Shown here: positions 1 to 8,593 of the stretch, in pieces
Position numbering within the stretch: position 1 is the first letter of the stretch
Layout of the letters: each line of letters opens with the position of its first letter
Assembly: GCA_963823665.1 (NCBI GenBank)
Contig: CAWGMQ010000006.1
Coordinates: 1,696,001 to 1,760,000, forward strand
Direction: 5' to 3'
Length of the DNA stretch: 64,000 bases
Source: an uncultured Planctomycetota bacterium
GTDB taxonomy: Bacteria > Planctomycetota > Planctomycetia > Isosphaerales > Isosphaeraceae
Program-made: the position numbers and the translations under genes
Notes under the pieces: model-generated
Database searches by the model: none
What the model was told of the DNA's origin: nothing
Seen by the model: only the letters and a program-made list of their open reading frames with translations

Positions 1-102
1 GCGCGCGCCTGGCTCTTGGTGGCACGGACCCCATATCGACGTGACTTTATGATGGGTCGCCACTAGTTTTCGACGCAGTTTCACCCTTGTTTGGAGCATG
101 CA

Positions 103-747
103 ATGAGTGGCCTCGGAAGATTGATGTTCAGGATGACCTCCCTCGCGCTCGCCCTGGGACTTGTGACCTCCCGGCCTGCGAAGGCCTATTCGGAGGTCTC
201 TTATTCAACGAGCGGCACGTTTGATGTAAATTCGACGACCGGCTCGCTGATCGAGCTCACTAAGGGCAAGTTCACCATCGAATTGTTTTATACTGGGACC
301 ACCCAGACGAATCTGGCGGTCCCCGACTCGACGGCCCCGTTCGGCACTTTCACCATCGACGTTGTGGAAAACGGAAAGGCCAACCTCAGCACGAGCGGTA
401 CTTTTGACTTGACGCTCAGCCAAACTGACCCAACGATCAGCAACGAAACATTCACTACCGATATCTCCGGGTCCGTCAAGCTTGGAACGTCGAACGATGT
501 GACAATTACGTTTAATTCGCCGCCCAACCCAATTACCTTCGGAGCGATTACTTATACGCTACCAGGCTCAATCACGCTGGCCTCCCCTCCCGCCAACACG
601 GCTTTTGCGTTCTCCACCACGGATCTGACAGCGAACATCAGCAGCGTGCCCGAACCGTCGTCTCTGCTTCTTCTCGCAAGCGCTGGGGCCGCAATGGGAC
701 TGGTCTATGCTGGCTGGCGTTGCCGAAGGAAGAGGGCACTTATTTGA
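103..747 (+). CDS. PEP-CTERM sorting-domain surface protein
   Basis: Signal-peptide-like N-terminus, Thr/Ser-rich body, C-terminal VPEPSS + hydrophobic helix + RCRRKR. GGAG precedes ATG at 103. Confidence 0.85.
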   Translation: MSGLGRLMFRMTSLALALGLVTSRPAKAYSEVSYSTSGTFDVNSTTGSLIELTKGKFTIELFYTGTTQTNLAVPDSTAPFGTFTIDVVENGKANLSTSGTFDLTLSQTDPTISNETFTTDISGSVKLGTSNDVTITFNSPPNPITFGAITYTLPGSITLASPPANTAFAFSTTDLTANISSVPEPSSLLLLASAGAAMGLVYAGWRCRRKRALI

Positions 748-1264
748 CTCTCCGCAGGAATATCAGCCCGAGGAACGGGTGGTAGGCGGGACTGAGGTGG
801 ATACGCCCGTGACCAGTCGTGGGCAAACCCCCGAAACCTGTCTCGGCTATGAGCGCGGCGATCACTACACCAGCCCGGAGCCGGAAGCGCATGATGTAGC
901 ACGATCCTACAGCCTGCCTGAATTCCTGCCTTCCGATCATTGGGCGCTCAAGGGAAAATGGAAAGTCGAAGGCCAACGCATCGTCGCGCAAGAAGCCGAT
1001 GCGAGCTTGCAACTTAATTTTAGTTCCGGTAAGGACTTTCTCGTGCTGGGCACAGAGGGTAATCAGCCGGTGAAGGCCATCATCACGCTCAATGGCGATC
1101 CGTTAAGGGAGGCAGCTAGCAAAGATGCACTTGGCGGTTCGCTCACCGTCAAACAGCATACGCTCTATGAATTAATCACTCAGAAATCACCCACCAACGG
1201 CATGCTCGAAATCACCGCCACCGCGCCGGGGCTGGAAGCCTACGCCTGTACATTTGGCAGTTAA
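707..1264 (+). pseudogene. C-terminal fragment of DipZ-like cytochrome c biogenesis/redoxin protein
   Basis: TPETxLG...WALKGKW...LVLG...LYELI...GLEAYACTFG resembles the DipZ C-terminal domain. The DsbD membrane and CxxC thioredoxin parts are absent and there is no convincing start. Confidence 0.6.
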
Positions 1265-1288
1265 CAACCATCATTTAAGGAGAAGATT

Positions 1289-1600
1289 ATGACCAAAGAT
1301 GTGAAACTCGGAATCCTGGCAACGTTGAAAGCCAAACCCGGAAAGGAAGACGATGTTGCACGGTTTTTGACGAGCGCCCTCTCGCTGGCCAATCAGGAAG
1401 CAGGCACTACGGTCTGGTTCGCCATGCGATTAGATGTGAGCACTTTTACTATATTCGATGCGTTTGCCGACGAAGCCGGACGTGAAGCCCATCTTTCTGG
1501 GCCGATTGCAGCGGCATTGATGGCAAAATGGCAGGATTTGCTGGCAGAAGCGCCAAGCATAAGAAAGGCTGATGTCCTCGCTGCAAAACTTGTCGGTTAG
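1289..1600 (+). CDS. Antibiotic biosynthesis monooxygenase (ABM) family protein
   Basis: LKAKPGKEDDV...IFDAFADEAGREAHLSG, 103 aa, purine-rich RBS (AAGGAG). Confidence 0.85.
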   Translation: MTKDVKLGILATLKAKPGKEDDVARFLTSALSLANQEAGTTVWFAMRLDVSTFTIFDAFADEAGREAHLSGPIAAALMAKWQDLLAEAPSIRKADVLAAKLVG

Positions 1601-1879
1601 CGGTTTTGTGACGGAGGATTGTTGGGTTGTCTGTTGCCATTAGCGCGAAAATAATTCCCGCGCCCTGGTGCGCCAATTGGAAAGCCGCTGGTCACGGGCT
1701 CTTGGTGCGATAACGCGGTACAATCGCCTCGATGCTTGCATTTGTAGCGGATTGCGACAATTCGCTCAAAAAAGGCGCCGGGCTGGCATGGCCTGTGCAT
1801 CTCCTGACCACGGGCTTGTTGTCGGACTTTCACGGGCGCGCTTTCGGATTTCCACCCTTTTGTGCAGTAGGAGGACATC

Positions 1880-2332
1880 ATGATTCGTCGAGAACTGTTC
1901 GGAGCCTTGAGCGTTACAGCCGCCGGGTTGATGGGAGCGATCGGCCGGGTCGCCCAGGCCGGTGACCAGGACCACCACCAGGACGAAGTTCACGAAGGAT
2001 GCCTCAAGAACTGCCAGGCCTGCAAGCGGGAGTGCGACGAGGCGTTCCACTTCTGCGCTTTCGAATTGGCGGAAGGCAAGAAGGAGTATGCCAGGGCCCT
2101 CCACCTGGTCGCCGATTGCGCCGCGTTCTGCGACCTTTCCGCGACGCTCATCGCCCGCCAGAGCCCGCTCATGGTTCACGCTTGCGCGGCCTGCGCAAAG
2201 GCTTGTCAGGACTGTGGGGCCGAATGCGACAAATTCACGGACGCGGCGCTGAAGGAATGCGCCAAAGCCTGCCACGACTGCGAGGCGTCTTGCCGATCAA
2301 TGATCAAGTCGTCGGGCGACCATCATTCTTGA
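1880..2332 (+). CDS. Four-helix-bundle copper-binding/storage protein (Csp/DUF326-like) with Tat signal
   Basis: MIRRELFG twin-arginine leader, His-rich linker, 16 Cys in CxxC/CxxxC spacing, AGGAGG RBS. Confidence 0.85.
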   Translation: MIRRELFGALSVTAAGLMGAIGRVAQAGDQDHHQDEVHEGCLKNCQACKRECDEAFHFCAFELAEGKKEYARALHLVADCAAFCDLSATLIARQSPLMVHACAACAKACQDCGAECDKFTDAALKECAKACHDCEASCRSMIKSSGDHHS

Positions 2333-2355
2333 GACTCAGCGCGGAGGTGGAGACC

Positions 2356-3668
2356 TCAAACCGACGCTTCAATCGCCGGCCGCACTTTGCACCACGCGGC
2401 CTCGATATCGTCCCGATCCAGTTGGCCCAAGATCCTCGTCGCGGCCGCCTCCCTAACCGCGTCCGCCTGAGCCGTGAGCGCCTGCGCGCGGCATCCGTGG
2501 GCATCCGCGGTGTGATTCGCCGGATGGCATCAAGGATCCGGATCAGCACAGCCGGGTTATCCGCGGCGGCTTGGCGTATCTGATCGAACGCCGTCTTGAC
2601 CACTCGCTCGAGCCGAAGCGGAGGCACTCGCACCCGCAGCTTGCCGCGGCCGTCGTACCAGCATCCGTCGCTCAGGGACACATCCGCAACGCAGAGCAGC
2701 GCGTCCGCCACCCAATCGACGCACCCCACACCCGTGAACGTATCGTTGACCGCCGGCGAAAGCGCGCGGATCGCGATCTCGACGATCTGCGCAATGCCGA
2801 ATTCGCAGTCCTGCGCGAGAACGCGGTGTCTTCCGATGCGCACATGTCGCCCGACCAAGCCGTCGAGGTCGGCAAGTCGGTGGGGCGGCCAGACACACGC
2901 GAGTGGCTCGCCACTCAGCACAAACTGCCCCGGTCTATACAGGACGTGAATGACGGTCTCCGTCCGAAGGGCCGCGGCCACCAGGGCCGCGCGGTCGATC
3001 TCCTGAACGTAACCGCTGTGCTTGCACGTGACGGTCTGCCCTTGGCCGATCTGCTGCGCGACGACCTCCGAACGAACGCGCTCGCCGCTTCCCTGGTGAG
3101 GCCCGCGCGCGTGCGCCTGGATCACGGTGGGCCGCATGTCGTCGACGATGCGCGCGATCATGTCCGGATTCTGGAGGGAAGCGGCGATGCGATGGCTGTA
3201 ATAGATCAGGAACCCAAAACTTGCGATCACCAGGAACCAGCTCGTGATGAGAGAAACCTCGGGAATAAAGGTCGAGTGCGAGTCCTGATGGGTCACCAGA
3301 AACACCAGACACAGATAGATGAAAGTGGCCATGAACAGGCCGATGGTGGCCTGCGTGACCCAATCCTGGAGGAATCGATAGAGGAGGCGCGGACCGAATA
3401 GCGTGGCGACCATCGAAAGCACGAGGAGCGCGACGGAGAAGATCAGCGCCAGGACCGTGCTCACGCAACTGAGCATTGCGCTCAGGATGGCGCGCGCGTC
3501 GTCAATGCCACCCATGGTGAACCATTCGGGAAGATGAATGGCACCACGAGCATCCAGGACATCCGGAATCATGGTGAGCCCGAACAAGACGAGGCTCGCC
3601 AGCGAGAATTTCAAAGGGATCCGCCAGAGATTCACGTCTGAGGAGCGACCGACGGGAGCAGAGCGCAC
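2356..3668 (-). CDS. DUF2254 family membrane protein (frameshift near 2485)
   Basis: ARAILS...FGPRLL..F...SGYVQEID...IAIRALSPAVNDTFT motifs. GTG at 3668 has AAGGAG 8 nt upstream. A 1-base shift near 2485 restores a ...LDRDDIEAAW... C-terminus ending at 2356. Confidence 0.8.
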
Positions 3669-3682
3669 CAGGGCGTCTCCTT

Positions 3683-3868
3683 CTATTTGTGGCCGCCGCT
3701 GCGGTGCCGGCACGTGATGAAGCCGTGGTTGTTCCGCCCGCCAGTCTTTTTCAGCGGGGCAGTCAGTCTCTTCTCGGGCTTCTTGTTCTTGTCGGTCAAC
3801 TCGGAAAAATCGCTCACGGACGCGAACCGTCGCCCGGCGCTCGTCGGTTTGTAAAATCGGATGCCCAT
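3683..3868 (-). CDS. rplB: Stand-alone 61-aa N-terminal fragment of 50S ribosomal protein uL2 (mini-ORF or pseudogene)
   Basis: [25 protein letters not shown]...PEK...[20 protein letters not shown] matches the uL2 N-terminus and ends in TAG right after GGHK. No other S10-operon genes nearby. Confidence 0.8.
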   Translation of the reverse strand: MGIRFYKPTSAGRRFASVSDFSELTDKNKKPEKRLTAPLKKTGGRNNHGFITCRHRSGGHK

Positions 3869-3982
3869 CGCGCCGTCTCACTTTCTCGTCTGCCCGGGAC
3901 TCAGCATGACGGACCGGTCCCGGTCGTGATCCAATTCGAACTTGCACGGAGAATCGCGGAGTCCGTATGAACGAATTGCTCG

Positions 3983-4066
3983 CTACCAGCCGCCACCGCT
4001 GGTGAGGAACAGTCGGAGAAAGAGGTCGTGCTCAGAATGAGAGTTGTTGATTTTGAATCTGAGCAT
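3983..4066 (-). CDS. 27-aa micro-peptide A, MLRFKINNSHSEHDLFLRLFLTSGGGW (putative leader peptide)
   Basis: GAGG RBS 5 nt before ATG, own promoter, paralog of equal length at 4295-4378. Confidence 0.7.
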   Translation of the reverse strand: MLRFKINNSHSEHDLFLRLFLTSGGGW

Positions 4067-4110
4067 GGATACCTCGACGGATGAGGTTCTGACCCTCGAC
4101 CATCCCACGA

Positions 4111-4140
4111 ATTCTATGAATCGCCCTGGCAAGCCGTCAA
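4111..4140 (-). promoter_or_regulatory. sigma70-type promoter TTGACG-N18-TAGAAT for micro-peptide A unit
   Basis: Near-consensus -35/-10, preceded by GGCGATTTTCG identical to the plus-strand copy. Confidence 0.7.
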
Positions 4141-4222
4141 CGAAAATCGCCCTTCGAAGAAATGGCCAGCAGCCTCGAGCCGCGGCTGCCGCCAAATGCG
4201 CGCCGGCCGCCGGCGATTTTCG

Positions 4223-4252
4223 TTGACATCGCGCGAAGCCGATCGATAAGAT
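4223..4252 (+). promoter_or_regulatory. sigma70-type promoter TTGACA-N18-TAAGAT for micro-peptide B unit
   Basis: Perfect -35 and near-consensus -10, mirror image of the minus-strand promoter. Confidence 0.7.
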
Positions 4253-4294
4253 TCTGCGGAGTCAGTGTTAATCAGACTCGCATCTGAGGATTCG

Positions 4295-4378
4295 ATGCTC
4301 CGACAAACATTCAGCCACATCCGCTCTGAGCACGACCTCTTCATCCGCCTCTTCCTCACCGGCGGCGGCGGCTGGTAA
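4295..4378 (+). CDS. 27-aa micro-peptide B, MLRQTFSHIRSEHDLFIRLFLTGGGGW (putative leader peptide)
   Basis: GAGG RBS 5 nt before ATG, ends TGG TAA, paralog of 3983-4066. Not in the supplied ORF track. Confidence 0.7.
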   Translation: MLRQTFSHIRSEHDLFIRLFLTGGGGW

Positions 4379-4653
4379 GTATCGGGCTCCGCGCCCTTTC
4401 GCGTCTTCGCCCCACTCCCTTGCCGGCGCGCGCGACTCGATGCGCCGCAAACACCCGGTCTGCGCGCGCACCGTCGTGACCAATCGCCTCATCAGGCACT
4501 TCGCAAGCATGCAAAACGCGTCGGGGCGATCGTGCGAGTTGCAGCGATTTTCGGGCAAATCGCACGGGTTTGTCCCCGGTGAGCCCGCCTTGACTTTCGA
4601 GTAAATCCGTAAAGTATCCCCGCGCAATCACATCCGAGTTATCACAATACGTT

Positions 4654-4669
4654 TGGCACAACGAATGCA
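4654..4669 (+). promoter_or_regulatory. sigma54 (-24/-12) promoter TGGCACAACGAATGCA
   Basis: GG-N10-GC spacing with TGGCAC, about 45 nt upstream of the ATG at 4715. Confidence 0.6.
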
Positions 4670-4714
4670 TGATTCGACCTCGGGTGCGAAGGATTCCCAG
4701 AAAGGATATCAACC

Positions 4715-5179
4715 ATGCTCAGACGATTTTCTCTTGTTGTTGTGACCGCCGCATGCTTGCCCGCCGCAAGCGGGTGCGGCAATTCCGCCGGCCTTGTTCC
4801 GGTCTCGGGAAAGGTGTCGTACAAGGGCGATCCGGCCGCGGGTGCGGTCGTTTACTTCCAGCGCGCCGATAGCCATCCCTCCTCGCACGAGCTTGTGCCG
4901 TTCGGGGTCGTGCAGAAAGACGGGGGCTTTTCGCTCTCTTCTGAGGGGCTCGGATCGGGCGCGCCGCCCGGAAGCTACAACGTCTTGATCGAGTGGAGAG
5001 ATGGAACAGAAAACGGTGTGGTCCCCGTCAAGGGCAAACCAAACCTCGTAAAACGCACTCGCATCCACGCCGGCCCGGACAGGCTGGGTGGGCGATATTT
5101 CAACGTCAGCAAGCCGCTGCTCACGGCCGAGGTCAAACCCGGGTCGAACCCACTTCTGGCGTTCGAGCTCAAGGACTGA
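4715..5179 (+). CDS. Lipoprotein with carboxypeptidase-regulatory-like domain (DUF1559-associated)
   Basis: Lipobox ASGC, VSGKVSYKGDPAAGAVVYF, GAPPGSYNV. Confidence 0.75.
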   Translation: MLRRFSLVVVTAACLPAASGCGNSAGLVPVSGKVSYKGDPAAGAVVYFQRADSHPSSHELVPFGVVQKDGGFSLSSEGLGSGAPPGSYNVLIEWRDGTENGVVPVKGKPNLVKRTRIHAGPDRLGGRYFNVSKPLLTAEVKPGSNPLLAFELKD

Positions 5180-5268
5180 CCGGAGCAACAACTGAATACT
5201 GTGGCGCCGTGTGGGCGCCAAAGCTCAAGCGAAGCGAAGAATTGCATCTTTGAATTGGAGAAACGCCA

Positions 5269-6417
5269 ATGAATGGACTGCGTCGTTCGATTAAACCCCG
5301 TGGGTTCACTTTGATCGAGCTCCTGGTCGTGATCTCGATCATCGCCGTGCTGATCGCTCTCTTGCTGCCGGCTGTACAAGCGGCGCGTGAGTCTGCGCGG
5401 CGATCGCAGTGCATCAACAACTTGAAGCAGATCGGGTTGGCCACGCTCAACTTCGAAACCACTTACGGCGCGTTGCCTTCGGACAGCCCCAGACTTGCGG
5501 TCCCTGACCCGAACGCCGATGCCCAGGCCGCGATTCCCACAATCACATGCTCGTACCTGACCCAGATTCTGCCTTTCATGGATCAGTCGGTGATCTACAA
5601 TCAGATCAACCTGCTTCAGGCCGCCTCCGATACCGCCAACATCCCGCCGTGCACGGGCCCCGGGGCTCTGCACTCGGGCAATAACTCGGCGTACTCGCAG
5701 GCGATCAGCGTGTTCCTGTGTCCGTCGTCGCCAGGGCCGGCGACGATCAATTACTACAACGCGTTCTGGGGCCCGTATGGCGACGGCGGCGGCGACACCT
5801 GCACGCCTGGATCGCCGGCTCCAATCGGCGGAGTGACAAACCTCAATCCGCCCCCCACGCAGATCTGGGGGAGAACTGACTACTTCCCGATCCCGGGGCT
5901 CCACAACACGGCCCTTCTGGCCGCGGGAATGAGTGCCACTTACATCGCCGCGGTGGGCGAAGGCAAAGACTCGGGCACGCTGACCAATCCCCTGATCACC
6001 GGCAAGATCCGCATGGCTTCGATCACCGACGGCAGCTCGAACACCATGATGGTTTCCGAATGCGGCTCGAAGCCGATCGGTTACAACGGATTCCGCCAGA
6101 TTTATCTGTCGGAAGTCAACGGCCTGCCCGTCGACGGCGTGATCGAGCCCGTCTCGAGCGCTGGCGGCGCCTGGGCCGACAATTTCACCTACTCGAGCCT
6201 GGCCGGTGCGCAGGGGCGCTTGACCGGAGTTCGAGGCGGCACGTGCATGGTGAACTGCACCAGCAACAACGAGATCTACGCGTTCCATCCCGGCGGTGCG
6301 AACGGCTTGTTTGTCGATGGGTCTGTCCATTTTCTCAAGGACACCTCGTCGGTTCCCTTCATCGCCGCGCTCGTGACCCGCGCCGGCGGCGAGATGATCA
6401 GCAGCGACCAGTATTGA
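5269..6417 (+). CDS. DUF1559 prepilin-type N-terminal cleavage/methylation protein
   Basis: [56 protein letters not shown] (H-X9-DG). Confidence 0.95.
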   Translation: MNGLRRSIKPRGFTLIELLVVISIIAVLIALLLPAVQAARESARRSQCINNLKQIGLATLNFETTYGALPSDSPRLAVPDPNADAQAAIPTITCSYLTQILPFMDQSVIYNQINLLQAASDTANIPPCTGPGALHSGNNSAYSQAISVFLCPSSPGPATINYYNAFWGPYGDGGGDTCTPGSPAPIGGVTNLNPPPTQIWGRTDYFPIPGLHNTALLAAGMSATYIAAVGEGKDSGTLTNPLITGKIRMASITDGSSNTMMVSECGSKPIGYNGFRQIYLSEVNGLPVDGVIEPVSSAGGAWADNFTYSSLAGAQGRLTGVRGGTCMVNCTSNNEIYAFHPGGANGLFVDGSVHFLKDTSSVPFIAALVTRAGGEMISSDQY

Positions 6418-6522
6418 TCTGATCCGGTCGCAGCGAATCCGTGACGCTTGAGCGCCTTTGCGGCGAGCGCCGACGCGAGTCGGCCCGCCGCAAGGGCGTG
6501 CTTCCCCTATCGCTAACGACAG

Positions 6523-8592
6523 ATGAGACAAAACTCCAGCACCTCCGCGCTCTTCATCGTGTTCTGCACGATCGTCGTCGGCCCCGGTTGCAGCCGGCAA
6601 GACATCGAGCCCTCGCCGCCGGTTCAGCCGGTGAGCGCCGAACGAGTTGAGCTCGATTTTCTGCTCGCAAACGAATCCGTTCGCGCCAAGACCCACAAGA
6701 CGCAATCACGCCCCGCGCCCGATTTCGCCCGGGACGTTGCGCCGCTTTTGGAGAAATACTGCGTGAGCTGCCACGATGCGGCCGGAGCTGAGGGTGGCGT
6801 CATCCTCGAAAACATCTCAACCCGACCGCACGAAAAGCTCACGCCGCTCTTGAAACGCGTGGTAGAGAATCTGCGATCCGAAAGCATGCCGCCCGAGGGA
6901 GAGCCGCGTCCCGACGCGATGGAGCTCGAGATCATCTGCTCCTGGATCGACGGCGCGACCACGAAGCTCGATCACGGTCCCGGCCATCACGCGCCGCGGC
7001 GTCTCAATCGGGCTCAATACAACAACACGATCCGCGACCTGATCGGCCTCGACCTGCGACCGGCCGACGAGTTTCCCTCGGACGACGTCGGATACGGATT
7101 TGACAACATCGGCGACGTGCTATCGACCTCCCCGATCCTGATCGAGATGTATCTCGCCGCCGCCGAAAAGGTGATCGATGTGGCGTTTCAGTCGCCCGAG
7201 CCGCGAGCGAGGATCCTGAATCCCTCCGCCGATTTCATGCCGCTCGCCTTCCGGCGATACACCCCGCCCGTGCGAGCGCCGCGCGATTACAAGGTGCTCC
7301 GGACCGCTCCGGTAACTGCCGATCCCGAGATCCAGCGCCAGCAGCACATCTACAACATCCTGCGGGCGTTCGCCGATCGAGCTTATCGGCGGCCGGCCAC
7401 GCACGACGAGCTCACCCGTCTGCTCGGCATCGTGATCTCGGCCGAAAAGGACGGCGAGACGCAGGATCGCGCCCTCCGGCTCGCACTCGAGGCGGTGCTG
7501 TCCTCACCTCATTTTCTCTTCATCGGCGCGGGTGTGGCGCAGGATGCCGCCCCCGCTGAGCGCGCTTCGCCGCAACACGACTTTGATCTCGCCGTTCGTC
7601 TTTCCTATTTCCTGTGGAGCAGCATGCCCGACGACGAGCTTCTTCGCCTGGCGAGCCAGGGAGCCCTGCGCCGCCCAGGTGCGCTGGAAGCTCAGGTGAA
7701 GCGGATGCTCGGCGATCGCCGGTCTCGAGCCTTGGCCGAGCAGTTTGCCGGCCAGTGGCTGCAAATTCGAAAGCTCGCGACGTTCGAGCCGGACCGAAAG
7801 CTCTTCCCCGAGTTCGACTCGTCACTGAAGGACGCAATGCTCGAGGAAGCGACGCTCTTCTTCGAGTCGATCGTACAAGAAGATAGGACCGTGCTCGATT
7901 TTCTGGAGGCGGATTACACCTTCGTGAGCGGCCGTCTGGCTCGGCACTACGGGATCGCCGGCGTCGAGGGCGAGGCATTTCGCCGCGTCTCGCTCAAAGG
8001 TACGGCTCGCGGCGGCGTGATCACGATGGCGAGCGTACTTGCGGCGACCTCGAGCGCCACGCGGACCTCACCGGTCAAACGCGGCCGTTGGATTCTCGAC
8101 AACATTCTGGGAGCACCTCCCTCGCCGCCGCCGGCCGGCGTGGAAGCGCTCAAGGAAACCCGTGGCCCCGCGGGGACGCTCCGACAGCAACTGGAGCAGC
8201 ACCGGAGCAATCCCGACTGCGCCTCCTGTCATCGGCGGATGGATCCCCTGGGGTTCGCGCTCGAGAACTTTGATTCGCTCGGAAGTTGGCGGGAAAAAGA
8301 GTCGGGCCAGAGCATCGATGCGGAGGGCCGTTTGCCCGGGGGCCGGGCGTTCCGCGGGCCGTCGGGTCTCCGAACGGCCCTGTCGCTTCGCCGTGATGCA
8401 TTCGCCCGCTGCCTGGCCGAGAAGATGCTCACATTCGCGCTGGGCCGCGGAGTCGAGGCGGCGGAAAGCCCCGCGGTGGAGCAGATCGTGCATCGCCTGA
8501 AGCGCAATAACTATCGGTTTTCCGCGCTGGTCCTGGGCATCGTCGAAAGCGAGCCATTCTCGAACGGGTCAAGCCAGGCCGAGGGGCCATGA
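6523..8592 (+). CDS. DUF1592-family protein (planctomycete cytochrome c plus DUF1587/1595/1592/1588/1585 domains)
   Basis: CVSCH and CASCH heme motifs, RRLNRAQYNNTIRDL, LSYFLWSSMPD, TSPVKRGRWIL, DPLGFALENFD. Confidence 0.92.
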   Translation: MRQNSSTSALFIVFCTIVVGPGCSRQDIEPSPPVQPVSAERVELDFLLANESVRAKTHKTQSRPAPDFARDVAPLLEKYCVSCHDAAGAEGGVILENISTRPHEKLTPLLKRVVENLRSESMPPEGEPRPDAMELEIICSWIDGATTKLDHGPGHHAPRRLNRAQYNNTIRDLIGLDLRPADEFPSDDVGYGFDNIGDVLSTSPILIEMYLAAAEKVIDVAFQSPEPRARILNPSADFMPLAFRRYTPPVRAPRDYKVLRTAPVTADPEIQRQQHIYNILRAFADRAYRRPATHDELTRLLGIVISAEKDGETQDRALRLALEAVLSSPHFLFIGAGVAQDAAPAERASPQHDFDLAVRLSYFLWSSMPDDELLRLASQGALRRPGALEAQVKRMLGDRRSRALAEQFAGQWLQIRKLATFEPDRKLFPEFDSSLKDAMLEEATLFFESIVQEDRTVLDFLEADYTFVSGRLARHYGIAGVEGEAFRRVSLKGTARGGVITMASVLAATSSATRTSPVKRGRWILDNILGAPPSPPPAGVEALKETRGPAGTLRQQLEQHRSNPDCASCHRRMDPLGFALENFDSLGSWREKESGQSIDAEGRLPGGRAFRGPSGLRTALSLRRDAFARCLAEKMLTFALGRGVEAAESPAVEQIVHRLKRNNYRFSALVLGIVESEPFSNGSSQAEGP

Positions 8593-8593
8593 T

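Noticed and set aside
3669..3947. N-terminal extension of the 547-aa DUF2254 ORF
   Set aside because: It overlaps the uL2 fragment in another frame, and a strong RBS supports the start at 3668.
4975..6705. Long antisense or alternate-frame ORFs (e.g. 4975-6705, 47713-49458, 39450-40688, 22500-23900)
   Set aside because: Shadow ORFs of high-GC coding genes with no recognisable motifs.
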